Counted from the first letter of the stretch, positions 8,990 through 19,614 are shown. The stretch is 55,183 nt of DNA from a bacterium (GCA_046757025.1 JBHHXN010000015.1:1-55183), one strand, 5' to 3'. Notes: a model not told the origin generated them from the letters alone. Program-made: numbers and translations.

Positions 8990-10483
8990 CTACCGCTTCT
9001 CAAAAACCCCCTTAAAAAAGGCTTTCATTTTGGTCATGATCTGTTTTGCCAGACTTTTGGTTTCGACGATGCGTTCCTCGGGAGTGGCGTTAGCCAGAGT
9101 TTGCGAGTTGCGCACTTTGCGGGCGGCGACCACCGTGCTGATGGTTTCTGCCATTTCGGGCCGCTTCGTCAGCAGGGCGTTCATGTGTTCTTTGGTGATT
9201 TCGTGTGCGACCACATCCGTCACCGCCACGATGGTGGCTGAACGCGGCTCGCCGGTGAGCAGAGACATTTCCCCGAAAAATTCTCCGGGCGTTATCTGGC
9301 CGACTTTCAGCGAAGGCTTTTTGCTATTGGTATTTATAAAGGCATGCAGCAACCCTTCGGAAAGAACAAACATGGAATCGCCTTCGTCTCCCTGCTGGAT
9401 GATACTTTCCCCTTTTGCAAAGTTCCGGTGAATCATATTGCCCGCTAATTCAATCAACTCGCTGCCGTTGAGATGCTTGAACAGTTCGGTCCTGCGCAGC
9501 AGCTCTTTGCGGTCCTCCAGCGACTGCGAATCCAATTGCCGCACCGGCATTTTTTCATAAAACAAATCTTGCTTGGGATAGGCCGGAGTGATGCCGGCTT
9601 GCTGCAATTGTTGCAGGATATTTACCGTCACCAAACTACGGGCCGCGCCCTTGGTGATGCCGTCGTTCCAGGGGCACATCCAGAAACGGACTTTGTATTC
9701 AATTCCAAGTGAGTTGGTAGCATTGACAATGACGTTGGGCTCGGGCTGTTCCAAAATCCCTTTTTGCCCCATCGCCGTTTTTGCCCCGGCAAGCAACACC
9801 CGGAATGCCCTATCGATGGGCACGGAAAAATCTAAACAAAAGGTGGCTTCAAACCGGCTTTCCGGTCCTGCGCCCCAGAAATTAGTGACCACCTTCATGC
9901 CCAACAGGCTGTTGGGTAATACCACGATGGAGTCATCTTCGGTATATAAACGGGTGGTTCGCCAGTTGGTCTCAATAACTTTGCCGGTAATATTCTGAGC
10001 GGGACTGGAGCCGTGTACCATGATCCAGTCGCCGAGTTTGTACGGCCGGTCAATATTGATGGCCAGACCGGTGAACACATCCAGTATGATATTGCGCAGG
10101 GCGAAACCCAGAATCAAGCCGATGACGCCCGAAGTCGCCCAGAAGCCGGTCACGGATCTTTTGAAAACAATGCCGACGATACCCGTAACCGCGACGATGT
10201 AGATAATGATGGTCATCACATCTTTCAGGAGCCGCGGCACGGGCGCACCGATGGTTTTTCGCACCAACCTATCCCAGAAGAAAACGATCACTAATCGATT
10301 GAGAAAATGCGCAGCAGACAACCAGATTCCGATCTGAATGGCGTATTTTATCACCATCTGGGTTTGGCTGATGGCATCGTCGCCAAACTGGAAAAGAATA
10401 TCTTTGTTATAAAGAGCGAGACTTCCAAATAATATCAAAGTCGTAATGGGAAACCACAATCGACGGAAATTTTCATTGTTCAT
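8990..10483 (-). CDS. MscS-family channel with C-terminal cyclic-nucleotide-binding domain (bCNG-like)
   Basis: GVIGLILGFAL, PYKLGDWI, NWRTTRL, VLPNS; cNMP cassette GEFFGEMSLLTGEPRSAT. Confidence 0.92.
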   Translation of the reverse strand: MNNENFRRLWFPITTLILFGSLALYNKDILFQFGDDAISQTQMVIKYAIQIGIWLSAAHFLNRLVIVFFWDRLVRKTIGAPVPRLLKDVMTIIIYIVAVTGIVGIVFKRSVTGFWATSGVIGLILGFALRNIILDVFTGLAINIDRPYKLGDWIMVHGSSPAQNITGKVIETNWRTTRLYTEDDSIVVLPNSLLGMKVVTNFWGAGPESRFEATFCLDFSVPIDRAFRVLLAGAKTAMGQKGILEQPEPNVIVNATNSLGIEYKVRFWMCPWNDGITKGAARSLVTVNILQQLQQAGITPAYPKQDLFYEKMPVRQLDSQSLEDRKELLRRTELFKHLNGSELIELAGNMIHRNFAKGESIIQQGDEGDSMFVLSEGLLHAFINTNSKKPSLKVGQITPGEFFGEMSLLTGEPRSATIVAVTDVVAHEITKEHMNALLTKRPEMAETISTVVAARKVRNSQTLANATPEERIVETKSLAKQIMTKMKAFFKGVFEKR

Positions 10484-10577
10484 TGACTAATACCTGAAAA
10501 ATAAAATTTGAGGGCATTTTACGTTTTTGCGGTTCGACAGGATTTGCATTTGTCCGGAGGATTCAAGATTAGGCTGA

Positions 10578-10943
10578 TCATTTGGTCAAATAATAACCCG
10601 CGTTGTTCATGGCTTTAAAAAGGGCTTTTAATTGACCATCGGTGGCGCCATTTCGTTCGGCAAAGGCAACGGCTTTTTCTCGTACCACGCGCAATTCTCT
10701 TTTATTTTCCTTGAAAGGCAACGACCAGGTTTTAGCCGCGCCATTTGAAAAAGTAACCAGAAGCCGACCGTCCTCCACCGTGGCCGTCATCCTGTGGGCA
10801 GCGGATTTACGGGGACGCATGTTGGCTTTTTCAACCGGTTTGATGTTGAACACGCGCCGCAGCACGTCGTCGGGGGTTTCACCAAACTTGCCGCGTTCAG
10901 CTATGGCCATCCATACTTCGTTGGAAATGCGAATCGTCCTCAT
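10578..10943 (-). CDS. Hypothetical protein with N-terminal RHH-like (SeqA-N-like) domain
   Basis: AGGAGG RBS; MRTIRISNEVWMAIAERGKFGETPDDVLRRVF resembles the SeqA N-terminal/RHH pattern. Confidence 0.75.
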   Translation of the reverse strand: MRTIRISNEVWMAIAERGKFGETPDDVLRRVFNIKPVEKANMRPRKSAAHRMTATVEDGRLLVTFSNGAAKTWSLPFKENKRELRVVREKAVAFAERNGATDGQLKALFKAMNNAGYYLTK

Positions 10944-11394
10944 GGTTAGATAATCCTCCTGATCGCTATCACACGTAAAATACTATCAAGAGTGTCACTG
11001 TGCAGAAATCGATTTCTTTTTGTAGAAAATTAATTACCTAACTCGTTTTGTAAAGGTAAAGAAAAAGGTATTTTCTAACCGGGGATTTGCTCAGAAGAAA
11101 CAGAAGTTTAAACAACGAAGACCACGTAAGAGACCGAAAGGCAGCCGTATCCATGCACAATCGCAGCGTCAATTAAATGGCGAACGTCCCCTGAAGATTA
11201 GTAATTCCCGAAAGCAAGCAAGGTTCCATCTAAACTACCCATTCGTCAGAGAAGACAAAACAAATTCGAATAGCAGATGCTCATAACACAAAATGGTCAA
11301 TCAGGCTTATAGAACATTTTAATTTGAGATCTGTTTGGCATTTGGAGTGGGTTTGTGATTTTTTAAATAGGGCGCAGGCCAGGTACGGCTTTCT

Positions 11395-11688
11395 TTACGC
11401 CCAGTCCGGCCAATCGATCTTGCGATAGATTCGATAGGTGATGCGCCAGACAAGAAATCCAACCCCCGCCGAAATGACCACAGCAACAATAATACTGAGA
11501 TACTCGCCGGTTAAAAACTGACGGTGAAGCTGTACGCCGGTCAATAAAACAACTCCCACCCAAACATACTTGGCCAGATGCCAGAGAGTGTTCAGATCCC
11601 GACCCTGCGGACTTTTGGAAAACGCGATGCCATCCATCAAAGCGTTGACAGCATACCCGAGTATGATTAAAAAACTTAGAATGATCAT
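11395..11688 (-). CDS. Small membrane protein (about 3 TM)
   Basis: Three hydrophobic segments; start uncertain (ATG 11688 chosen). Confidence 0.6.
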   Translation of the reverse strand: MIILSFLIILGYAVNALMDGIAFSKSPQGRDLNTLWHLAKYVWVGVVLLTGVQLHRQFLTGEYLSIIVAVVISAGVGFLVWRITYRIYRKIDWPDWA

Positions 11689-11901
11689 GAAGACGATTTG
11701 AAATTTGTTGAGGTGAATTGCATCAATTTGTTGAACAATTAAACAAATAATAAATTCACTGCAATATGGCAGACTCACCCATAATAGTCAAACAAATATT
11801 GGTTTTAATCCGAATTATTTCAAATTTACCCTAAAATACTGCTGCCACATTGAAATCAATTTTAATAAGGCAGTAAGTTTTTACCAACCCCTTCTCAAAA
11901 T

Positions 11902-11937
11902 TGTTCATTTTCTGCCCACATGCGCAAAAATTTACCA
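11902..11937. promoter_or_regulatory. Tandem putative bEBP UAS (TGNNCA-N5-TGNNCA-like)
   Basis: TGTTCA-TTTTC-TGCCCA and TGCGCA-AAAAT-TTACCA, ~90-120 nt upstream of a -24 element. Confidence 0.5.
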
Positions 11938-12023
11938 TTTAGTAACCAGGGAAATTCGTCATGTGGGTTGAAAGATAGTTGGAATTATGCCTGAAGATTG
12001 CCGAATTTGCTGAGGTTTATTTA

Positions 12024-12039
12024 TGGCATACAAGTTGCG
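12024..12039 (+). promoter_or_regulatory. sigma54 (-24/-12) promoter of the adhesin/motor operon
   Basis: TGGCAT-ACAAG-TTGCG with canonical spacing. Confidence 0.8.
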
Positions 12040-12102
12040 TGGATACGGGTTGAACTTAGAGAAAACTGCGAGAATGGACAGGTTTTTGAAGGAAACGGTG
12101 AA

Positions 12103-13137
12103 TTGAGAAAAGATTTTGTTTCGAAGATAAAAAGTCGTAAAAAAAAACACTTATTAATTAGCGGCCTCTTGTTAATAAGTGGGTGCGCTGGCAGCCAATT
12201 CCAGACTGTTGAGCTTTACATGCGACAACAGGACTGGCAAAAAGCACAAAGTTCATTGGATGAATATCTTAAAAAAAACCCCAGGGACGGGGAAGCGCAT
12301 CTTTTACTCGCTGAAGTGTTCGGAGAATTGGATTCCATTCAGGCCATGCGCAGAACGCTGACTACCCTCCGACAGATTTCTCCCAAATATGAAAACTCGG
12401 CGGTTTTCCTTTTGAAAAAATATTGGACTAAAAATTTTAACCGCGGTTTAAAGCTGTTTCAATTGAAAAACTACCGGCAAGCGGCCAATCAATTTGGACT
12501 TGCCGTGCAGATCGACAAAAGCCAATTTATTGGGCTGCAAAAATTAGCGGACGCGCTGTTCATGGCCGGTCGATATTACGAAGCCCAAACGGCGTACCAG
12601 CAAGCGTTAAACATGCAACCTGACAATCTGATTTTAAAAAACAATTTAGCGGAAATTTACTTCATTAAAAAACAGTACCAAAAATCGGTAAATTTGTGCA
12701 ACGAAATATTGAACAAACACGAACTGGAGATCAATGCGCTCATGCGGCGCGCTTATGCGTACGATGCATTAAAAAACTATTCGGAGGCGGTTAAGGATTT
12801 TGAACGATTGATTGAACTAAGTCCCACTCCCAAATTATTAACCGATTTCGGGATGTTGCATTTTCGCCAGCAGGAATACCACAAAGCCATCGACTATTTC
12901 ACCGCGGCTTTGGCAGACTCGTCGAACAATTATTTGCTCTACCGCTATCTCGGTGAAGCGAACTGGCGGGTGCGCAACTACCAGGACATGGTTACTTGGT
13001 ACCGGAAGATCGTGGAATCCTCCCCGGACGATCTTCTGGGCTGGAAAAACCTGGCGCTGGCGTACGAAGCCCTGGGCAAAAAACAACTGCTGGTGGAAGC
13101 CCGAAATCACATAGACAAAATCACCCGTACCAACTAA
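12103..13137 (+). CDS. TPR-repeat lipoprotein
   Basis: Lys-rich N-terminus plus lipobox LISGC; multiple TPRs; TTG 12103 chosen because it lies downstream of the sigma54 promoter. Confidence 0.85.
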   Translation: MRKDFVSKIKSRKKKHLLISGLLLISGCAGSQFQTVELYMRQQDWQKAQSSLDEYLKKNPRDGEAHLLLAEVFGELDSIQAMRRTLTTLRQISPKYENSAVFLLKKYWTKNFNRGLKLFQLKNYRQAANQFGLAVQIDKSQFIGLQKLADALFMAGRYYEAQTAYQQALNMQPDNLILKNNLAEIYFIKKQYQKSVNLCNEILNKHELEINALMRRAYAYDALKNYSEAVKDFERLIELSPTPKLLTDFGMLHFRQQEYHKAIDYFTAALADSSNNYLLYRYLGEANWRVRNYQDMVTWYRKIVESSPDDLLGWKNLALAYEALGKKQLLVEARNHIDKITRTN

Positions 13138-13167
13138 ACCAATTCATCATAATTCAGAGAGGATGTT

Positions 13168-16100
13168 ATGAGGATACGTGTCTGCGTATTCTGTGGAATG
13201 AGAACTGTTTTCTGGTTTCTGTTTTTAGGCTTGTTGCCCGCGGGCCTGCTTGCACAGCCCGAGGTTGCGCAGGTTGTGCCGCGCCAGAATGAAATCCACA
13301 CGCCGGTAACCAGCCGCGTAACCGTGACCTTTTCCCAGGACATGGATGCGGCCTCTCTGAACAATCAAACGTGGGTGGTCAGCGGCAGCCTTACCGGCAT
13401 TTACAGCGGGGTCATCACCTACGAAGCCGCCACCCGCACGGCGCACTTCACGCCCACCAGCTTTTTTAAAGAAGGTGAAATTATTTCGAGCACGCTGACT
13501 GCCGGCGTTCTCAGCCGCTCCGGGCAGCCCCTGTCGAAGCCGTTTCAATGGTCGTTCACGGTGAGTGTGGAATACGGCAGCGGGATTTTTGAAGAGCGCA
13601 TCGAGATCACCAATCCACAAAACGAGCGGGATGCCATCGCCATTTACAGTGGCGATTTTAACAACGACCGCTATGCGGATCTGGCCCTGGCAAATATGGC
13701 CACCAATACGGTAACCATCTACCTGAATCGATTTGCGGTGTTCGGAGGATCTTTTGAATTTCAAAACAGCGTGGCAGTGGGTAACGGTCCCAATTCCATC
13801 GCTGGGGGCGATTTTAACAACGACGGCTTGCTCGATCTCGCCGTCAGCAATTTCGACGGTAATAGTATTTCTTTGCTGCAAAACAACGGCGCTGGGAATT
13901 TCTCAGTTTCGCAAACCATTCCTACTGCCGAGCATCCCGTACAAATTACCACCCGAGATTTCAACAACGACGGCAAAGTGGATTTAGCTGTGCTGGCCTT
14001 TGGGGTGAATCGGCTGCAAATCATTTTGAATTTAGGCAATGATATCTTTTCGCCGACCTCGGAAAATTATGCTACCGGCGCCAGCCCTTTTGGTTTGACT
14101 ACAGGCGATTTTGACAACGACGGCGATGTGGACATCGTTGTCAGCAATTCCGGTGACAATTCCATCACCATGTTTGACAACCTTGGCCAGGCCCGTTTCA
14201 GCAACGCCGGCGAATTCGCAGTGGACGATTCCCCGACCATGATTCAATCCAACGATCTTTTAGGGCGCACGACTCCGAACAAATTTGGCGATGGACGGTT
14301 AGATTTGGTGGTAATCCACCCCAACCTCAACACGGTTTCCATACTGGATAATCGCACCCGCGACGGCGGCTTTGTGGTCAGCCAGAAACTGCAGGTAGGC
14401 GTGCGGCCGTCCGCGGTGGTCATCGCGGATATCGACACCACCGACCAGAGCGCCCTCACCGCCGGGCTCGGCAAAGACCATGATCTGGATCTGGCAGTGA
14501 CCAATTTATTCGCACAGAATCTCACCATACTAAGAAACGATTTCAATAACGGTCTGGCCTACCAGTCTGGCGACACGTACGCGTCCGGCGCCACCCCCAT
14601 CGCGCTCACCAGCGCGGATTTCGATGGCGACGGCGACCTCGATTTCGCCATCAGCAATTTCGCCACCAACACCCTTTCCATCTTATTGAACCGCGGCGGC
14701 CGAAGCGGCAACATTCGCATTTCTCTACCACCGCGTGTTCTGGACTTTGGGCAGGTGTATGTGGGAACCGATTCGGTGCGGCGGCTCAGTGTGATCAATC
14801 CTACCGGCGAAACCATCACCGTAGAAAACATTTCCACGACTTTGCCGGTTTTTACGGTCGCGGATTCGCAGGTGGAGATCGCTCCCGGGCAAACGTTTAA
14901 CCTGGCCATCACCTTTTCACCCATGGACACCGTAGTCTATGAAGACACCCTGACCTTTCGCACACAAGGATTGAGCAGCTTTGAAAATCTAACGCTGGGA
15001 TTGCGCGGGGAGGGCATTCGCGCTATCATCAGCGTTACGCCCGACACCCTGAATTTTGGCAACGTGCTGCCGCCGCAGTCGCGCACCCGGCCCATTCAAA
15101 TCAGCAACGGCGGCAACGGTGCCATCAAGATCAGCGACATGCGGTTCACGCATGCCGACTTTTCCACCCCCGACCCGAATCTGACCGTTCCAGCTTACTC
15201 CAGCCAAATGGTGGACATCACTTTTCAGCCAACGGCTGTGCGCGCGTATCTGGACACGCTGACCATTTTCAGCAACGACAGCAGTCAGTCGCAGTTCCCG
15301 GTGATTCTTCTGGGCGGGCCCAATCAATTTCCGCCGCAAATCACCTCCACCGACACCATGACCGCCGTGGAAGATGTCTTTGCGCAATACACCGCCACGG
15401 CAAACGATTCAGACGGCACCGGGGCGCAGTTTACTTTTCTGAATTTACCGAGTTGGCTGCAGGTCAGCTCACCCGCACCGGAAAACAACTCCATCGAAGG
15501 AACTCCCCGCGAGGGCGACTTAGACACGACCTTTGTGGTCATTGCCAGGGACGGCATTTTTTCTGACACCCTTTCGGTTTACGTTCGCGTCATCCCGGTC
15601 AACGATGCGCCGGTATTCAACGCCATTTCGGCGCAAACGGCGCAGGAGCTTTCTCCGCTCACTTTCAACCTGTCAGCTGCGGACCCGGAAGACAGCACTC
15701 TAACTTATTCGGCGCTGAATTTGCCCCAGGGCGCAGATCTCAGAAACAATCTCGATAATACGGCCACCTTTTCCTGGACGCCGCCCTTTGGCTCACGCGG
15801 GGACTACACCGTGACGTTTGTCGTCACTGAGCTCTGGGAATCCAATCCGCTGAGCGATACCACACAGGTCAAAATCAGCGTGATTGAAACGCTGCCGGAT
15901 TTAACCGTGGCTTCGCTGGGGATTAACGACACCGACATCACTTTGAATCAAACACGCTTGATAACCGGAGTTGCGCGCACTGAAATCGTCCCCGTGCAAC
16001 AGGCCTTCCGAATCACTTTTTTACACGATGGCAACGTGGTGCGGGATACGGTGGTCACCGGATTGGACTCGGGAGAGGAAGTGACTTTTCAGTATGCCGC

Positions 16101-16497
16101 GACCTTTGCGCGCCTGGGGAGTCACGAAATCGTGTTTTATGTGGACATGAGCAACCTGGTCACCGAAGCCGACGAAGAAAACAATTCAGCGGTTCTGCGT
16201 TTGAAAACCGCCCTGGGATCGGTGGTGGTTCGACCCAATCCGTTCACACCCAACGCCGACGGTTTCAACGATATGGCGGAATTCAATTTTGCCAAACTAT
16301 TTGTGCAGCAGCCACAGCTAAAAATTTATAAATTCAACGGCGATCTTCTGACCACCTTGAATCAACCTGTGGGAACGATTTTTCGGTGGGATGGCCGCGA
16401 TGATCGCGGCCGCGATCAGAAGCCCGGAATTTATCTTTACGTTCTCACCGATGACGAGCAAAAAGTCGCCAGCGGCTATCTGGTGCTGGCGCGATGA
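13168..16497 (+). CDS. Large adhesin: Ig-like (Big_5) + FG-GAP propeller + ASH/choice-of-anchor D + cadherin-like + CARDB + T9SS type-B CTD
   Basis: Signal peptide; GDFNNDG..DL repeats; LDFGQV/LNFGNV; VNDAPVF; PDLTV..EENN; PNPFTPNADGFND...WDGRD..GIYLY C-terminus. Confidence 0.88.
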   Translation: MRIRVCVFCGMRTVFWFLFLGLLPAGLLAQPEVAQVVPRQNEIHTPVTSRVTVTFSQDMDAASLNNQTWVVSGSLTGIYSGVITYEAATRTAHFTPTSFFKEGEIISSTLTAGVLSRSGQPLSKPFQWSFTVSVEYGSGIFEERIEITNPQNERDAIAIYSGDFNNDRYADLALANMATNTVTIYLNRFAVFGGSFEFQNSVAVGNGPNSIAGGDFNNDGLLDLAVSNFDGNSISLLQNNGAGNFSVSQTIPTAEHPVQITTRDFNNDGKVDLAVLAFGVNRLQIILNLGNDIFSPTSENYATGASPFGLTTGDFDNDGDVDIVVSNSGDNSITMFDNLGQARFSNAGEFAVDDSPTMIQSNDLLGRTTPNKFGDGRLDLVVIHPNLNTVSILDNRTRDGGFVVSQKLQVGVRPSAVVIADIDTTDQSALTAGLGKDHDLDLAVTNLFAQNLTILRNDFNNGLAYQSGDTYASGATPIALTSADFDGDGDLDFAISNFATNTLSILLNRGGRSGNIRISLPPRVLDFGQVYVGTDSVRRLSVINPTGETITVENISTTLPVFTVADSQVEIAPGQTFNLAITFSPMDTVVYEDTLTFRTQGLSSFENLTLGLRGEGIRAIISVTPDTLNFGNVLPPQSRTRPIQISNGGNGAIKISDMRFTHADFSTPDPNLTVPAYSSQMVDITFQPTAVRAYLDTLTIFSNDSSQSQFPVILLGGPNQFPPQITSTDTMTAVEDVFAQYTATANDSDGTGAQFTFLNLPSWLQVSSPAPENNSIEGTPREGDLDTTFVVIARDGIFSDTLSVYVRVIPVNDAPVFNAISAQTAQELSPLTFNLSAADPEDSTLTYSALNLPQGADLRNNLDNTATFSWTPPFGSRGDYTVTFVVTELWESNPLSDTTQVKISVIETLPDLTVASLGINDTDITLNQTRLITGVARTEIVPVQQAFRITFLHDGNVVRDTVVTGLDSGEEVTFQYAATFARLGSHEIVFYVDMSNLVTEADEENNSAVLRLKTALGSVVVRPNPFTPNADGFNDMAEFNFAKLFVQQPQLKIYKFNGDLLTTLNQPVGTIFRWDGRDDRGRDQKPGIYLYVLTDDEQKVASGYLVLAR

Positions 16498-16535
16498 TCG
16501 AATGGTACACACAGGAAGGCATCAGGAAGTCTCCG

Positions 16536-18329
16536 ATGAAATTTCATTTTAAAATAAAATTATCCATTGTTTTCATTCTGCTTTTTGAAATGTCGCTCGC
16601 AAACCCAGGCCGGGCACAGAATATGATCAGCGCCAATCCGGCTGAGCTCATCGATTTTAAATCGGTTTTTGTCAATCCCGCGATTCTCTCATTTCAAAAT
16701 GCTCACGCGGCGATGGGGGGTAAATTGTTTCATTTAGGCTTTGTGGAAAATCAACTGCAAACATTTCGTCAGGGTTTTGTGAGTTTGGCGCTGCCGTTTG
16801 GCATTGACGATTTTACTGGCATCGGCATTCAGGCGCAATATTTTAACACACCGCTGTTCAGTCAGAGCAACATCTCCTTTGCCGCGGCCAGACGCTTTCA
16901 TCGAATTTTATCGTTGGGGGTCAAACTGAATGTTTTCAACAAATCGTTTAATCGAGACAATTTTAATTTGGTCGAAGCAGACGATCCCGTTTTTGCCAAC
17001 GGTACCACTAAATGGAACGCCACTTTTGGCGCCGGGCTGTCCGTCATTCCCTACCCCTTTTTAAGATTGGGGGTGGGGATCGATCACATAAACCGCGCAA
17101 ATGTATCTTTAATTAATGACAATGTCTATGAACCATTCAAAAGCTATTTTGGCGTGGTGTTGACTTTTGGAGCCCTGCGTGCAGCATTCAGCGCCACCCA
17201 TGCAGAGGGGCAATTCCACCCCGAAACGTCCATAGGTTCGGCCTTCGCTCATGCCGGATATTTTATGCTCGGCTTCAACGACAAAGCCGTGCAGGTGGAA
17301 GGTCAGCTACGCATCACCGGTCCGTTGAGCATCAATTATCGTTACGATTACACGCTGTTCGACGGGCAGAGTGTGGGCAACGGCTCGCATCAAATCACCC
17401 TCATTCACGAATTTGATCGCAAACCCGCTTTACCGGAAATCAAGGTTCCGGAGGAGTTTCTGCTAAGATTCGAGCCGCCAGACAAACCACTGGTGGAAGA
17501 ATCCAAATTTTACATTTACCCTTCGCTAGACAAGCTGGAAATCATCCACAAAAAATTAACCCGCTTCATCGACCCCAATGTGAACCAGGGGGCGCTGTCA
17601 CAATTGTCAGCGGCCGATATCGGCGTTCTGGACTCAACTAAAACCGAGACTTACTTGCCCTTTGTGAAAGATACGGTGGATCAGGCAATTTTACCCGACC
17701 CGCAAGAGCTTAGTCTGTCCGGTAACTATCGTGCATTCATTGAAAAAATTTCTGAAGATTTAAAAATAAACAAGAGCCTTAAAACCCAGATTTTTACGCC
17801 CGGCGAATCCATGAGCCGGGCCGTGGGGTTGCGGGAATTTTTGCAAATCGATTCCACGGCAGCGAAGCAAGTGGCATTCTTACATACGACTTACAAATCG
17901 AAACAAGACAGCCTGCGGGCAGCCGAAAAGTTGGGACAACGATTCATTCAACCCCGAGAATCGCTGCTTCTGCTTTCGCACAACTCCACCACGTTTTCCA
18001 TCATACCCGTGTCGCAAATTCACTTTGCACAAAGCTGGCGATTCATCATTGAAAACAAGCGCGGAGAAAAAGTCAGAATTTTTCAGGGTATCGGCATGCC
18101 GCCGGATCAAATAGTGTGGGACTGGAAAACAGCCGAAGGCGAATTGGTTTCCCCTGGTACTTATCACTTTTACATGATCTGGCAGGATAACCAGCAGACG
18201 CAACATACCTCCGAAAAATACAATCTCTTTGTTCAAAAAATCATCAGAAACATCACCATAGAAGTCACCAATAAACCCAAACCTACAGGAGTAGATGCCG
18301 ATGAAATCAATATTATTCTCAAAAAGTAA
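16536..18329 (+). CDS. PorP/SprF-like outer-membrane beta-barrel with a ~300-aa C-terminal extension ending in an FlgD-like Ig domain
   Basis: N-terminal NPA motif, amphipathic strands, YRYDY...GSHQITL barrel end; later WDWKTAEGELVSPGTY; start may be 16494. Confidence 0.72.
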   Translation: MKFHFKIKLSIVFILLFEMSLANPGRAQNMISANPAELIDFKSVFVNPAILSFQNAHAAMGGKLFHLGFVENQLQTFRQGFVSLALPFGIDDFTGIGIQAQYFNTPLFSQSNISFAAARRFHRILSLGVKLNVFNKSFNRDNFNLVEADDPVFANGTTKWNATFGAGLSVIPYPFLRLGVGIDHINRANVSLINDNVYEPFKSYFGVVLTFGALRAAFSATHAEGQFHPETSIGSAFAHAGYFMLGFNDKAVQVEGQLRITGPLSINYRYDYTLFDGQSVGNGSHQITLIHEFDRKPALPEIKVPEEFLLRFEPPDKPLVEESKFYIYPSLDKLEIIHKKLTRFIDPNVNQGALSQLSAADIGVLDSTKTETYLPFVKDTVDQAILPDPQELSLSGNYRAFIEKISEDLKINKSLKTQIFTPGESMSRAVGLREFLQIDSTAAKQVAFLHTTYKSKQDSLRAAEKLGQRFIQPRESLLLLSHNSTTFSIIPVSQIHFAQSWRFIIENKRGEKVRIFQGIGMPPDQIVWDWKTAEGELVSPGTYHFYMIWQDNQQTQHTSEKYNLFVQKIIRNITIEVTNKPKPTGVDADEINIILKK

Positions 18330-19614
18330 AAAACCGGCGTTGAAAATATTCACCTGCCTATTCTGTACTTTGATGGTAGTAATTCTCTTGACTCTTCCCG
18401 ACAATTCTTTCGGCATGCAAAAGCAAAAAAGAGTGGCGAATCAGCCAACCCCATCCAGCGCGGCAACCGCTTCGCCAAAAACTTCTCTCGATGTGAGCCA
18501 GTTCAGCGACCTCAAAACTTTTTGGTCTTTGACCAAATTGGGCGGCGGCATCGCGTTAGTGATTTTTTTAGTTCTCGGGCTCGGTATCTTCCTGATCATT
18601 CTGCAAATTTATGAGTTGATGATCGACAAGTTCAAAGGCCGGGTACTGCTTTCCGTGGATTACCGGCAGCACACCATCAATGAAATGAGCGGTCTGGTGC
18701 AAAAATACCCCAACAATCTGACTGCCCGTTTGTACTCTATTTTGCTCTCGATTTTTCACTCAACAGGCAACACCCGCGACTTTCACGACGAAATCGCCAA
18801 TTACATTCAACTGCAGCAAGACCGATTTGCTACTTTCAAAGGCCGATTGGCTTTTCTTTCAGACACTGCCGGAGCGCTGGGCTTGTTAGGCACGGTCTGG
18901 GGTATGTTTGTGACATTTTTTGGCGGCAACCTGGACAGCCAGCGAATTTTGAACGGCATGGGTCTGGCCCTGGTAACCACCCTCATCGGTCTGGTGGTGA
19001 GCATTATTTTGAATTTCTTTTCAACCGAAGTCTTCAGCATTTTTAACAAACGTCTGGATATCATCGCGTCGAAAGCCGATGAATTCCGGCTCTGGCTCAT
19101 GGCCATCGTGCACCAGCGCAACAAAAAAAACAACAGCGGTGGCTCGCAACCCAACAACGGACCGGAACGCAAATCATCATCTCAACAGGAGACGTTCACC
19201 GCCACCCTGAACGAATCGGTGATCAATTCTCTTTCGCTGAAAGCCATTTCTGAATTCAAACAGGATGGCTTCATCGGGCACAAACTCAACGAACCCATCG
19301 CTATTTTTGTGGAAACCGCCCAGGGGCGTAAAGTCGCCGGCGTGCCCATTCGATTTGAGGTGGCCGAAGGCAACGGCGTTCTGGCCAACAAGAATCAGGT
19401 GGCCTGGGTTAAGACCGACAAAAAAGGGCTGGCTAAAATGGACTGGTTTCTCGGACATCAGGTGGCGCCGCAAAAACTCAAAGTTTCCATTGCCAACAAC
19501 ACGCAGGGGGCTTTGGAATTTGTCTCCTTTGCCCGCCCCTACATCGCCGACGAGCTAAAGAGCGGTGTGCCGGCGCGGCAGAACAGCGGACTGAACCAGA
19601 GGATGTCATCTTGA
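18295..19614 (+). CDS. MotA/TolQ/ExbB proton-channel protein with signal peptide and C-terminal Ig-like (Big_1-like) domain
   Basis: LGLLGTVWGM and ALVTTLIGL helices; GVPIRFEV..GNG..TDKKGLA..W.LG Ig pattern; start may be TTG 18340. Confidence 0.88.
   Translation: MPMKSILFSKSKKPALKIFTCLFCTLMVVILLTLPDNSFGMQKQKRVANQPTPSSAATASPKTSLDVSQFSDLKTFWSLTKLGGGIALVIFLVLGLGIFLIILQIYELMIDKFKGRVLLSVDYRQHTINEMSGLVQKYPNNLTARLYSILLSIFHSTGNTRDFHDEIANYIQLQQDRFATFKGRLAFLSDTAGALGLLGTVWGMFVTFFGGNLDSQRILNGMGLALVTTLIGLVVSIILNFFSTEVFSIFNKRLDIIASKADEFRLWLMAIVHQRNKKNNSGGSQPNNGPERKSSSQQETFTATLNESVINSLSLKAISEFKQDGFIGHKLNEPIAIFVETAQGRKVAGVPIRFEVAEGNGVLANKNQVAWVKTDKKGLAKMDWFLGHQVAPQKLKVSIANNTQGALEFVSFARPYIADELKSGVPARQNSGLNQRMSS

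Noticed and set aside
11100..11300. Possible riboswitch/ncRNA in the long intergenic gap
   Set aside because: GNRA-like loops are present, but no convincing stems or known consensus
11998..12102. Longer start for the TPR lipoprotein
   Set aside because: It contains the sigma54 promoter and would bury the lipoprotein signal
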